NCBI GenBank assembly: GCA_963674705.1
Contig: OY771506.1
Location: forward strand, 2,400,001 to 2,464,000
Length of the DNA stretch: 64,000 nt
Direction: 5' to 3'
Source: Phycisphaeraceae bacterium
GTDB taxonomy: Bacteria > Planctomycetota > Phycisphaerae > Phycisphaerales > Phycisphaeraceae
Position 1 is the first letter of the stretch. Each line of letters begins with the position of its first letter. Below the pieces are notes generated by a model. The model was not told where the DNA came from, did not search any database, and saw only the letters and a list, made by a program, of their open reading frames with translations. Shown in pieces: positions 9,916 through 19,748 of the stretch. Position numbers and translations under genes: made by a program.

Positions 9916-10206
9916 TTAGCCTTCTTCGGGTGGTGCTTCTTCGGCTGGTGCGCCGGCTTCTTCGGCGGCGTGTTGCATTTGGGCTTTTTTGTTGGCTTCC
10001 CAGGATTCGCCGTAGCGGAAGAGGATGAGTTTGCACTTCTTGCAGCGCCAGCCTTCCATGCGGTTGGGGCGCATGACGGCGTGTGTGCCGGGGACGTCTT
10101 CGGCCATGATGCTGGCGGAGGGTTTTCGGCCGCGGACCCAGTGCAGGCCGTCGGAGATGGGGAGCAGGCCTTCTTCCATGATTGCGTTACATTGCGGACA
10201 CCGCAT
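9916..10206 (-). CDS. Zinc-ribbon protein, DUF6487 (PF20097)-like
   Basis: MRCPQCNAIMEEG...GLHW...GWRCKKCKLILFRY. Confidence 0.7.
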   Translation of the reverse strand: MRCPQCNAIMEEGLLPISDGLHWVRGRKPSASIMAEDVPGTHAVMRPNRMEGWRCKKCKLILFRYGESWEANKKAQMQHAAEEAGAPAEEAPPEEG

Positions 10207-10377
10207 CGGTGAATCCCCTGTGTTTTGTTGTCTTGTTATGACCAATTAAACATGATTTGAATGTGTTTGGAAAGACGGGTTGTGGTGGGTGTTGTATGAA
10301 AAACGTTTATGTATGCAAGATGAGTGATTGTTGCTGTAATTATCTTTTAAGGTGGTTGTTTGATTAAGTTGCATTCG

Positions 10378-10411
10378 GCCCTCACCCCGGCCCTCTCCCA
10401 AGGGGAGAGGG
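10378..10411 (+). repeat. CCCTCACCCCGGCCCTCTCCC-GGGAGAGGG palindromic repeat
   Basis: Related copies at 16486-16519 (-), 16611-16646 (+) and 26762-26790. Confidence 0.75.
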
Positions 10412-10550
10412 GGTAAGAATTATGATTCTAATGTTGTGTTAATCATCGGCATTGAGCCTATTTTATCTTGTTTTGCGGGTGGGGGGGAGTTAGACTGGGG
10501 AGGGTTTCAGCGGTAGCTGATACTTTTCACATTGGCCAAGGGGGCATCAT

Positions 10551-11315
10551 ATGAAGCGGATTGTTGATGGCTGCATCGCGCTGGCGGCTGTTGTCTTGCT
10601 GGTTTGTGGTTCGGCCGCTTTTGCTGACACTATCACACTCGACATCCCCGAATTGGTCGGCACGTTCACGCACGGCCAGGAGCCGGTCCAGGTTGTTGTG
10701 GACTTCGGTACGGACTTTCAGCCGTTGTGGGGCATCACATTAGAGATTACCGCGACGGGAATCCCCTCCGGCTTCGGTTGGGCTGGTTCGATTCCTGCCG
10801 AACTGCTGGTCTCGGTAGTGGGTGGCTTTGAGTGGTTGTCTCCCACGTTGTTCGGGCCCTATGGTGAGACACCTACGACCGACAGTAAATTGGCCGGGTA
10901 TGGGTGGCCAGCTATCGACCCGGCCCCGATTACCAGCGGTCAGGCCGTTATCACCATCGACACGCCATTGGGGGAAGAAGATGAGTCGTCCCCGGCCGAG
11001 ATCGAGATCATCTCCGCCACAATCACCGCTGACTTCTATCCGGCTATCGTCGGCTATGCCGACATCAACGACGACGGGTTCGTTGGTCTAGCGGACCTGG
11101 ATATTCTGTTAGGCCATTGGAACCAGATCGTTAACCCCAGCGACAGGATGGCGGGCGATCTGACAGGCGATGGATTTGTGGGATTGACCGATCTGGATAT
11201 TGTTCTGGAAAGGTGGAACGCGGGTACGCCGCCGGCGGTGGTGGTTCCGGAGCCTGGGATGGTTCTTATTGCTTTTATTTATGGGGGGCTGGTGACGCAC
11301 CATCGCCATCGATAA
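10551..11315 (+). CDS. PEP-CTERM protein with dockerin-like (double EF-hand) domain
   Basis: Signal peptide; DINDDGFVGLADLDILLGHW and DLTGDGFVGLTDLDIVLERW; VPEP + TM + HHRHR. Confidence 0.88.
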   Translation: MKRIVDGCIALAAVVLLVCGSAAFADTITLDIPELVGTFTHGQEPVQVVVDFGTDFQPLWGITLEITATGIPSGFGWAGSIPAELLVSVVGGFEWLSPTLFGPYGETPTTDSKLAGYGWPAIDPAPITSGQAVITIDTPLGEEDESSPAEIEIISATITADFYPAIVGYADINDDGFVGLADLDILLGHWNQIVNPSDRMAGDLTGDGFVGLTDLDIVLERWNAGTPPAVVVPEPGMVLIAFIYGGLVTHHRHR

Positions 11316-11640
11316 GTTGTTTGTAGATGCCATAGAACGAAGCAACCGTGGTCGTCGCCCGACACTTTTACCTGTTGGGTCAACGGCTGTCCCGTGCTGT
11401 AATGGTTTTCGTTAGGATTCATGAAGTATATTTATGACGTGTATTCAAGTATTCCGTGAGTTGGTTTAATCTGACATTGATTGATAAACGATCGTGATGC
11501 ATCTTGAATCAGCGGTGCGGTCACGATGATATCCATTCATAGACTTGATGTTCATCCTATCGTGGGATGAACGATATCCGTGTAGGTTTGTCTTCCATGC
11601 ACATGCAATTCATCATCCACTTATACAAGGAAGCTGCAAA

Positions 11641-13278
11641 ATGAAGACACGAATTTCGGCTGGGAACGGTTATTTGTTGATTGCGATCTTACTGTCGGTG
11701 ATATGGGTTACAGGCAAGCCTGCCCTTGCAGTGGTTCATATCGAGTCCCGCGCATTGTCGGGGCAGGTCGCGCCGGGTACGGATGAGTTATTTGATGTTT
11801 TTGGCTATCCGATGATTGATGATACAGGTCACGTTGCGTTTCGAGCGATCACGCCCGGGTTCAATCGTGGTCTGTGGTATGAGGAGGCAGGCACCTTGAG
11901 CCTCGTTGCCTATGAAGGGATGGATGCTCCGGGTACGGATGGGCAGTTCACCTTTCTGGATACCTTGACGCTTAATGGTGCAGGGCAGATTGGGTTCGGT
12001 GGTTCACTTATACCAGGAGTTGGCGATGTGACAGCGTTTAATAATAGTGGTGTCTGGACGTATGGGGCCGGTGGCTTAGGCCTTGTTGCACGCAAGGGTA
12101 ATGTTGCGCCCGGTGCTTCGGGAGCGTATTTCGGTAGTTTAAATGTTCCCCTGTTCTTCAATGACGTGGGGCAACTCGCATTTGCTGGGGATATGACTTC
12201 CGGCGAGGTAATTGAAACTCATGCGATAGGCAGAGGGATTTGTTACGGAACGCAGGGTTCACTGACACTGGTGGCGGGTTCCGGGCTTGCTGCGCCGGGT
12301 GCATCTGTCGATGAATATTTTGGTGATGCGTTTGATATTGGTGGTCTTAATGACAACGGTGTGATCACTTTTAAAGCGAACCTGGATGGGCCGAATGTTA
12401 CTGTCGAAAATGAAAGTGGTATCTGGTCGGGATTTGCGGGTTCGTTGAATCTGGTAGCTCGCGAAGGCGATACCGCGCCCGGGGCGGGTGGTGGTTGTTA
12501 CGACTTCCTGTCTGCTAGGCCTAGGATCAACAACGCCGGCCACATTGCTTTTGGCGGTTCCCTGGTTGCCGGGACGGGGGATGTAACGGCCGACAATAAT
12601 GCAGGGATATGGTCTGACCGTTCGGGTTCGTTGCAGTTGATCGCGCGCAAGGGGGATCTTGTGCCGGGTTTATCAGGGGAGGAATTTGATACGTTCGGGC
12701 GCATACTTATTAACGGGTCCGACGAGATATGCTTTCTCGGTCTTGTCACCGGTCCGGGCGTTACGTACAGCAATAATGAAGGCATATGGTGCGAGCGGAC
12801 GGATGGGCTGCAATTAATTGCACGTGAGGGTAGTGCTGCAGCGGGTACGGCGGGTGTATTCAGCAGTCTTGATTCGCAGGCCGGTAGTCTAGCGATGAAC
12901 GGTGTGGGGCAAGTGGTGTTTCTTGCAATGCTTCAGGGAGGAGTAGGTGGTATTACCGTCGATAACGATCAAGGGCTCTGGGCAACGGATACAAATGGGC
13001 AATTAATATTGGTTGTTCGAGAGGGCGACGTTATCGATGTGAATAGCAATCCCTTGATTGATGACTATCGAACGATCAAGTCTATCATTTTAGGTCTGCC
13101 ACAATCCGGAGGTGAAGACGGGCTGGCCAGTCCGATTAGCGATGCCGGTCAAATTGCCTTCTGGCTGACGTTTACCGATGATACTTCAGGCATCTTTGTG
13201 GCAATGGTGCCTGAGCCGGGTAGTGTGGGATTGATGATGCTTGGATGTGCGGGACTCACTGGGAGGCGGTGGGTTTAA
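11641..13278 (+). CDS. NxxGxxAF tandem-repeat (beta-propeller-like) PEP-CTERM protein
   Basis: Repeated LVAREGDxAPG ... NxxGxxAF units (NDVGQLAF, NNAGHIAF, SDAGQIAF); C-terminal VPEP-TM-RR; likely start ATG 11641. Confidence 0.88.
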   Translation: MKTRISAGNGYLLIAILLSVIWVTGKPALAVVHIESRALSGQVAPGTDELFDVFGYPMIDDTGHVAFRAITPGFNRGLWYEEAGTLSLVAYEGMDAPGTDGQFTFLDTLTLNGAGQIGFGGSLIPGVGDVTAFNNSGVWTYGAGGLGLVARKGNVAPGASGAYFGSLNVPLFFNDVGQLAFAGDMTSGEVIETHAIGRGICYGTQGSLTLVAGSGLAAPGASVDEYFGDAFDIGGLNDNGVITFKANLDGPNVTVENESGIWSGFAGSLNLVAREGDTAPGAGGGCYDFLSARPRINNAGHIAFGGSLVAGTGDVTADNNAGIWSDRSGSLQLIARKGDLVPGLSGEEFDTFGRILINGSDEICFLGLVTGPGVTYSNNEGIWCERTDGLQLIAREGSAAAGTAGVFSSLDSQAGSLAMNGVGQVVFLAMLQGGVGGITVDNDQGLWATDTNGQLILVVREGDVIDVNSNPLIDDYRTIKSIILGLPQSGGEDGLASPISDAGQIAFWLTFTDDTSGIFVAMVPEPGSVGLMMLGCAGLTGRRWV

Positions 13279-13357
13279 GAAGAAAGGGTGATGGGCCAGA
13301 ATGAACATGGATGAGTTGACTGTGTTGATGATTGCGTGAGGTTGATTGTAAAAAATG

Positions 13358-13390
13358 AAAAGCGTGGTCGTTGAGTCGACCACGCTTTTT
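13358..13390. terminator. Bidirectional intrinsic terminator
   Basis: AAAAGCGTGGTCG-TTGAGT-CGACCACGCTTTT between the convergent PEP-CTERM gene and rny. Confidence 0.75.
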
Positions 13391-13452
13391 GTTTGGTTGG
13401 GGTGTAGGGCACGGCCGCTGAAGCGGCCTCGCCGTGATTCACATCAGTTGAA

Positions 13453-15096
13453 TTACTTCGCGTATTCGATGGTACGCATTTCGCGCAGGACGGTGACTCG
13501 GATTTCGCCGGGGAAGGTCATTTCTTCGCTGACACGTTTGGCGATGTCGCGGGCGATGTAGCTGCATTGCTGGTCGTCGACGTTGTCGGGATCGACGATC
13601 ACGCGGACCTCGCGGCCGGCCTGGATGGCGTAGGCATCTTTGACGCCTTCCATGTCGGTGGCGATGCTTTCGAGTTGCTCCAGACGCTTGACGTAGCGTT
13701 CGAGTGTTTCGCGACGCGCACCGGGTCGTGCGCCGCTGATGGCGTCGGCGGCCATGACGATGGGGGTGTATGGCGTGGTCGCGGGGATGTCGTTGTGGTG
13801 TCCGCCGATCGCGTTGAGCACGGCTTCCTTTTCGCCGAACTTCTTGGCGAAGTCCATGCCGATCTGCGGGTGTCCGCCTTCGGCTTCGTGGTCGAGTGCT
13901 TTACCGATGTCGTGCAGGAAGCCGCAGCGGCGCGCGAGTTCGCCGTCGAGGCCGAGTTCATCGGCGATGACCTGGCAGAGGTAGGCGGTTTCCATGGAGT
14001 GTCGGAGGATGTTCTGGCCGTAGCTGGAACGGTAGTAGAGCCGGCCCATGGTTTCTGAAAGCTTGGGGTGCAGGCCCTGGATGTCGGCTTCGATGCAGGC
14101 GTCTTTGCCGTACTTGATGATGCGCTGGTTGATGTCTTTGGTGGTCTGCGCGGTGACTTCTTCGATGCGCGTCGGGTGGATGCGGCCGTCCTCGATGAGC
14201 TTCTGCATCGTCTCGGCTGCGATGGCTCGGCGTACGGGGTCGAAGCAGGAGACGACGATGACGCCGGGGGTGTCGTCGACGATGACATCGACGCCGGTCG
14301 ATTTTTCAAACGCACGGATGTTGCGGCCTTCGCGGCCGATGACGCGGCCCTTCATGTCGTCGGAAGGGATGGCGATGGCGCTGACGGTGGAGTCGGCGGT
14401 GTGCTCGGAGGCGTAGCGCTGGATGGCCTGGAGGGTGATCTTCAGGGCGGTGTCCTTGGCTTCTTCCTCGGCCTGCTCGGTGATCTTCTGGATGATCTGG
14501 CCGGCCTCGTGCTGGCACTCGCGTTCGACGGCCTTGAGCGACTCGCGCTTGGCATCCTCCTCGGAGAGGTTGGCGAGGCGGAGCAGGGTCTGCTTCTGTT
14601 CCTGGCGGCTGGTTTCGAGCAGTTCGCGGCGTTCGGCGATCAGGGCGTCGAGCTCTTCCTGCTTGCCGAGGAGTTGAGCTTCGCGTTTTTTGACGCCGGC
14701 GTCGAGTTCGTCGAGGTATTTTTCCTTGGTGGTGAGGGTATCGAGCTTGCGGTCGAGGTTGTCTTCACGCTTGGTGAGGCGTCGCTCGATTTCCTTGACC
14801 TCGTTGCGTTGCTGGTTGATTTCTTCTTCGAAGGTTTCGCGTCGTTTAGCCAGTTCGTTGAGACCGTCGAGTTCGGCCTGTTTCTTGAGCGTTTGAGCTT
14901 CGCTTTCGGCTTTTTCGATCAGGTCCTGTGCCTGTCGTTTACTCTGGCTGATGGTCTGGATGCCGATGAGTTTGGTGATGATGACGGTGAGGATGGCGCC
15001 GATGATGGCGCCGATCAGGCCGAAGAGCAGCCAGCCGCTTCCGCCACCGCCGTGGGGGGTTTGAGTTACTTGTGCCAGTAGATTGATGTGGTACAC
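13453..15096 (-). CDS. rny: Ribonuclease Y
   Basis: N-terminal TM, coiled coil, KH domain ([14 protein letters not shown]), HD motif (LHDIGK), [11 protein letters not shown]. Confidence 0.97.
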   Translation of the reverse strand: MYHINLLAQVTQTPHGGGGSGWLLFGLIGAIIGAILTVIITKLIGIQTISQSKRQAQDLIEKAESEAQTLKKQAELDGLNELAKRRETFEEEINQQRNEVKEIERRLTKREDNLDRKLDTLTTKEKYLDELDAGVKKREAQLLGKQEELDALIAERRELLETSRQEQKQTLLRLANLSEEDAKRESLKAVERECQHEAGQIIQKITEQAEEEAKDTALKITLQAIQRYASEHTADSTVSAIAIPSDDMKGRVIGREGRNIRAFEKSTGVDVIVDDTPGVIVVSCFDPVRRAIAAETMQKLIEDGRIHPTRIEEVTAQTTKDINQRIIKYGKDACIEADIQGLHPKLSETMGRLYYRSSYGQNILRHSMETAYLCQVIADELGLDGELARRCGFLHDIGKALDHEAEGGHPQIGMDFAKKFGEKEAVLNAIGGHHNDIPATTPYTPIVMAADAISGARPGARRETLERYVKRLEQLESIATDMEGVKDAYAIQAGREVRVIVDPDNVDDQQCSYIARDIAKRVSEEMTFPGEIRVTVLREMRTIEYAK

Positions 15097-15220
15097 GAAT
15101 CACGCCCTTTATGCCGGCCGGGAATGCGTGGTACGCATCGACCGGTTGGGTTTAGGGCACGATCACGGTAAGGCCACGATGGATTAGATCGTGTGCATCA
15201 GCGCGGGATGTCGACCGATC

Positions 15221-15408
15221 AGGCTCAAGGTCGCCGTCGGTCCGGATCGTAAGTCAGTTACTCAACTCCCATAAGGGCGGTTCAAGTAAGTGGCCTATCG
15301 GGCGCGGGTCGAGAGCAAGGGATAGTTCGGCATCTAAATTCAAGATGCCTCCTCCAGTGCCCCGGGTACGAGCGTTGATCCAGACTTTCATCACAGCGTA
15401 TTGAGCTT
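15221..15408 (-). ncRNA. ssrS: Probable 6S RNA
   Basis: ~190 nt upstream of rny folding as a rod: GCTCAA/TTGAGC, GCTGT/ACGGC, GTCTGGATC/GATCCGGAC, apical GGCATCT/AGATGCC; contains CTTGAACC on the 3' strand as in E. coli 6S. Confidence 0.55.
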
Positions 15409-15747
15409 ATTCAATCTATCCGTTTGTCAGAGACAAGCGGCCGAGGGTTCTGCCTGTGGCAGAGCGTTCGGAAGATCGGTCAACGATACGGGCTGATATT
15501 TCTGCCCGGATCGTGCCGGGTAAAGCGCCGCAAACGCGGCGGTAACACGGACAACAAGGCGGCCACGCCGCCGAGGGGTTCGAGGGGATGCAACGTAACC
15601 GCCGCAAAAATCCTCAAACCAATGTATCCTATGATCTTATCCAAGAAACAGCATTTTCGTCAAGTTTCCACACATCCCTGACACAAACCTGACATGGTTA
15701 TGGGACAATGCGCGATGCGCTGCATTTGTGCGTATCTGGTGGGAAGT

Positions 15748-16464
15748 TCAACTGTTAGCGTATTTTGCCTGTCTTACACCCAGCCAGACGAGCACTTCAA
15801 ACCACATCATCGCGACCGCAAAGCACAGGACCATGAGGGCCAGGGATTGCCAATACTCCCAGGCGGGCAGCAGAGAGGACATCCAGCGGTCGATGTTGCC
15901 GTTGTTCAGTTGAGCCAGCGCCCAGAGCATAATCAGGGCGGCGGGGACCCAGCCGATCGAGCTGTAGCAGGCGATGCGTTCGGCGAGTTTGAAGGGTATG
16001 CGCCAGCCCCGGCGTCTGCTGAAGTACACCACGCCGATCGCCTCGATGTAGGTCAGGATGATGGTGATGTCGCAGGCCAGCAGGCCCTGGATCATGGCCC
16101 AGGTGGTGCTGCCGTTGGACATGCTTCTACCCCACACGGCATAAAACCAGATCAAGGCGATAAACAGGCAGGTCAATAGCAGGAACAATCTCGCGGTCAC
16201 GTTTGAGCCGTCGACCCGCATCATGCGGAAGAACTGGTTTGGTTTGAGCAGTAATTCGATGCAGACTTCGAGAGCAGTTGTGGGATTTGGCTGAGCGTGC
16301 CAGCGGGGGCCGGTGCGTTTGGTGGGGGAGGATTCAACGATAGGCATGCCGCACTCGGGGCAGTTGCCATCGGGTTGCAGGCCGTTGAGCACGTAGCCAC
16401 AGTCTTCGCAGAGCGAATCGGCGTTGGGGAAGGTGGGGGATGATGTTCGATGGTCGATGTTCAA
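15748..16464 (-). CDS. Zinc-ribbon membrane protein
   Basis: CEDCGYVLNGL...CPECG followed by about four TM helices. Confidence 0.8.
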   Translation of the reverse strand: MNIDHRTSSPTFPNADSLCEDCGYVLNGLQPDGNCPECGMPIVESSPTKRTGPRWHAQPNPTTALEVCIELLLKPNQFFRMMRVDGSNVTARLFLLLTCLFIALIWFYAVWGRSMSNGSTTWAMIQGLLACDITIILTYIEAIGVVYFSRRRGWRIPFKLAERIACYSSIGWVPAALIMLWALAQLNNGNIDRWMSSLLPAWEYWQSLALMVLCFAVAMMWFEVLVWLGVRQAKYANS

Positions 16465-16485
16465 TGTGCGGTTACATGTTTTTCT

Positions 16486-16646
16486 CCCTCTGCCCTTGGG
16501 AGAGGGTTGGGGTGAGGGCCAAGAACCTTATGCGTTCCATTCAGTTGAGCTTCTTTAGCCGCGACCCGCCGGGTCGCGCGCCATATACAAACGATCACAC
16601 AATCAATCCGGCCCTCATCCTAGCCTTCTCACAAGCGGAGAAGGGA
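16486..16646. repeat. Inverted pair of CCCTCACCCC-type repeats with central GC palindrome
   Basis: 16486-16519 and 16611-16646 in opposite orientation; GCGACCCG-C-CGGGTCGC at ~16561. Confidence 0.7.
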
Positions 16647-16692
16647 CCGGAATAGACTTCGCATTGCACATTGAACATGGTACATCCCCGAT

Positions 16693-17703
16693 CTATTCCA
16701 TCAGCGCCAGGCGCAACTGGTGGGCGAGGTCTTTGGTTTGGGGACTTGGGGCGAGGTGGAGGTTTTTGTCGGCATGATCCAAGGTTGTGGCGGGGCCGGA
16801 CTGGGGGGTGATGATGGGTTTGTTGTGTTGCAGGGCATGGCGGAGGCTCAGGCCGCCGGCGTCCTGGCCGAGAGCGAGAACGGCGTCGCAGGCATCGAGC
16901 AATAACCAGGGCGAGCTGATGCGCTGCTCCTGCAGCAGTTTCAGATCGATCGGCTGTTTTTCGATGAAGGTTTGAGCACGTCGGCGGTGCAACTGCAAGG
17001 GGTGTATCAACAGCGTAACACGGACGGGCTGGTTAAGCTTGTCGGTCAGGGTTGCGCAGCCGAGTACAGCGACTTCCGCGGCGTCGATCGCGTCGGCGAG
17101 AGCGGGGTGGTCTGACAGCAGTACGACGACACGCTCGGTTGACTTGGTGACGCCCCATGAGGCACGCAACTCGGTGCGCTTTTCATCGGATAGTGGTGAA
17201 TCGTGAGCAACGCTAAGTGCGATAAGTTTGGCTTCGCAGTTGATGCCGAGGTTTTGCAGATGTTGTGCGAGCGCCGGTGTATCCGTCGTGATAAGCGTAT
17301 CGGGGTATTTGTTTACATTGCTCAGACGCGAAAGCTGTTTGATCCAGCGATGATTCGGCGTGTGTACAAGGTTGAGTCGTCGGGGTGTTTTTTTGCAGAG
17401 TCTTGTTGCAGCGATGAACGCACCCGGCGACCAGCATTGTGTCTTCGTAAAGGTTGGTCGTTCAGCGATCCATCGCCGCAGCGGCAGAAGTCCGAGGACG
17501 GCTTTGCTGAATGGGACAGACAGGCAAGATGCCTGATCGGGTTTGATGCCGGCTTGTAACGCGATCGAGAAGTGGGCGCGGCTGCCGAGGATCAGCAGAT
17601 GATCAACGGGATTGTTAGATGCGGCCATCATTGCGCGGATCGCGCGGTAGACCGTGGGGCAGGCCTGTGTGCTGTCGCCATCGATCAGGTGTAGGGTCGG
17701 CAT
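16693..17703 (-). CDS. Divergent glycosyltransferase-like (GT-B) protein
   Basis: 336 aa; C-terminal LLDACDAVL...SLRHALQHNKPIIT resembles a GT4 nucleotide-binding lobe; weak match. Confidence 0.5.
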   Translation of the reverse strand: MPTLHLIDGDSTQACPTVYRAIRAMMAASNNPVDHLLILGSRAHFSIALQAGIKPDQASCLSVPFSKAVLGLLPLRRWIAERPTFTKTQCWSPGAFIAATRLCKKTPRRLNLVHTPNHRWIKQLSRLSNVNKYPDTLITTDTPALAQHLQNLGINCEAKLIALSVAHDSPLSDEKRTELRASWGVTKSTERVVVLLSDHPALADAIDAAEVAVLGCATLTDKLNQPVRVTLLIHPLQLHRRRAQTFIEKQPIDLKLLQEQRISSPWLLLDACDAVLALGQDAGGLSLRHALQHNKPIITPQSGPATTLDHADKNLHLAPSPQTKDLAHQLRLALME

Positions 17704-17745
17704 CGCTTGATGAATACTTGGGTAACGCGTCGGGTGTTTACAGCG

Positions 17746-18432
17746 TCAGGACACCAACTCATAATCGAAGTCGACGTGATCGAAGAACAGGCCGGCGACT
17801 TCCAGCCCGATCCGCTCGGAGAGGGCGCGGGCGAGATTGGACATGGCGTGGCGACGTGTGCGGTCGACGGTTTGCTTGTCTATGGTGACGGTGAGCGTTT
17901 CGCCCGGTTCGTTCGGTTGTGCCATTTTGTTTTCCGGGCGCGCGGGGAACAGACGCTGGCCCGTCTGAACATCGATGACCTTGACCTCGCAATGCGCGGT
18001 CGGTTCGTAGTAGGTGTTTTTATCGGTGAGGTCGACAGAGCGGATGAGCACGTAGATGACCTGGTCGGCTTTGAGCCGTTTGCCGACTTCATCGATGGGT
18101 GTCGACTGGTAACGGTCCCCCATATTTGCGGCCAGCACGGTCAGGTGGTCCTGCGCGATAATCATCTCGGGCGGTAATACGCCCTTGTCCTGCATGTGGA
18201 AGTTTGCGTTAGCAGCGATGACGGTCGGATAGTTCAGGTCTCCGAGCAGATTTTGCGGATCATCGACGATAACGAGGGTTTGGCGCGGTTCGAGTTTGTA
18301 CTTGGCTTTGATCTTAGGCGGCCCGGCGATGACATAGGCAGCGAAGTCGGGCGCTTCACAACTGGCGCAGCACAGGCACAGCGTTACCAGGCACAACAAG
18401 GCGGAGTAGTGGCGGATTCGGTCACGCATCAA
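17746..18432 (-). CDS. Putative lipoprotein
   Basis: Signal peptide ending CCASC; overlaps upstream gene by 4 bp. Confidence 0.8.
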   Translation of the reverse strand: MMRDRIRHYSALLCLVTLCLCCASCEAPDFAAYVIAGPPKIKAKYKLEPRQTLVIVDDPQNLLGDLNYPTVIAANANFHMQDKGVLPPEMIIAQDHLTVLAANMGDRYQSTPIDEVGKRLKADQVIYVLIRSVDLTDKNTYYEPTAHCEVKVIDVQTGQRLFPARPENKMAQPNEPGETLTVTIDKQTVDRTRRHAMSNLARALSERIGLEVAGLFFDHVDFDYELVS

Positions 18433-19061
18433 TCTTCGACCTCTTCCTGGTGGTCATAGAACAGGCCGGCACCTCTTTCGGCAAAGAGGTAAATCATACC
18501 GAGCTGGATCGACTCGTTGTCGGCATCGATGACACCGACGGTGCTGGATTCGGGGAACTTGGCGCTGATGGTGTTCTGGAAGACGAAGTTGTCCGGGTCG
18601 ACCCCGTTTGCGTTGATGACGCCGATATTCCCGGTGATCAAACCCTGCCAGATGTGCGCGTTGCCCGGTTCGTGCGTCTGGTACTCGATGAGGTCGACGA
18701 GCACGACCTTGTCGACGTTGAGCTTTTCAGCGAGTTCGCTGTAGCGCATGTTCATCCAGTAGGGATTGTTATTCTGGAAGGTTTCGATTTTTTCAGGGAT
18801 GGTGGTGGTGACACCCGGCACGTTTTTGGCGATACGGCTGGTCATGGCGACGCAGACGTACTTACGTGAGTCGGGATATTCATACAACAGATGACTGTCG
18901 GCGGCGACGATGACGGCGACGCGCTGGTTTTCCAGGCCCAGGTATTCCGCCTGCACATCGACCTTCTTCTTCTCGCCTGGCATTGGTTCGCAACCGAACA
19001 GGGTCTGGCCAAGAAGGATTGCGACCAAACAGAGGGTGAATCGATAGACAACTGACTTCAT
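18429..19061 (-). CDS. Putative lipoprotein (paralog-like to downstream gene)
   Basis: Lipobox LFGC; overlaps both neighbours by 4 bp. Confidence 0.8.
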   Translation of the reverse strand: MKSVVYRFTLCLVAILLGQTLFGCEPMPGEKKKVDVQAEYLGLENQRVAVIVAADSHLLYEYPDSRKYVCVAMTSRIAKNVPGVTTTIPEKIETFQNNNPYWMNMRYSELAEKLNVDKVVLVDLIEYQTHEPGNAHIWQGLITGNIGVINANGVDPDNFVFQNTISAKFPESSTVGVIDADNESIQLGMIYLFAERGAGLFYDHQEEVED

Positions 19062-19552
19062 AAGCCGGCTCCGAGTATTCCGGTGTGTACGATGATTTTA
19101 TAGATCCAAGCAAGCACGAGTATGACCGCACCGATGACCACGTTCTTGGGGCGCCAGACGATATTGCCGATCGGCCCCAGCCTCATGCCGGTGATAAATG
19201 CGTAGCCACTGACGAGGGCGGTCATGGTGGTCAGCAGTGCGAGTAATGCCCCGGCGGGCTGGTTGATAAAGGCGTTGACGAAGTCACCGTGGGCTGCGTA
19301 GCTGAAGCTGGTGGTCATGCCGCAGGTAGCGCAGGGGATGCCGGTTGCGGCTTCGAGCCCGCACGGCGGCAGGCCGAGGCTTTCGTGCGTACCGACGCCT
19401 CTGACATCGGGGTGCAGCATGTAAGCGATGCCCATGACGCCTGCGGTGACGCAGAACAGGATCAGCGCGATCAGCCGGTTCTCCAAGGCCGCTTGCCTGG
19501 AGGACTTGGCGCTGGTTGGTTTGGGGATGGAATCACTTGCCACAGACTGCAT
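19058..19552 (-). CDS. DUF2752 membrane protein
   Basis: LGLPPC...TGIPCATCGMTTSF...G.F..AF..QP motif with TM helices. Confidence 0.85.
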   Translation of the reverse strand: MQSVASDSIPKPTSAKSSRQAALENRLIALILFCVTAGVMGIAYMLHPDVRGVGTHESLGLPPCGLEAATGIPCATCGMTTSFSYAAHGDFVNAFINQPAGALLALLTTMTALVSGYAFITGMRLGPIGNIVWRPKNVVIGAVILVLAWIYKIIVHTGILGAGL

Positions 19553-19748
19553 GTATTAAGGATACCCCCTTGGGGGGGCGGGGTAAATTATGGTGTGCAA
19601 GGTTGATGCGGTGGGGAGGTGGCGTGTTCGATGGATGAGATTCAAGTGCTCGTGAGGGCCGATCTGACGTGTGTCTTGTGTTTTGTGCGGGATTATGGGG
19701 CGTTGCGGCGAAACGATGGCTTGGGCGAAACCCTGCTAAGATATTGTC

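Noticed and set aside
4420..13400. Integron cassette array or prophage
   Set aside because: No tyrosine integrase, no RYYYAAC...GTTRRRY attC pattern noticed, mixed gene orientation and no phage genes.
13567..15081. Long antisense ORFs opposite rny (also opposite dusB, pyk, proS, nusA, infB, DUF502)
   Set aside because: These are shadow frames expected from high-GC codon bias opposite well-supported genes, with no recognisable motifs.
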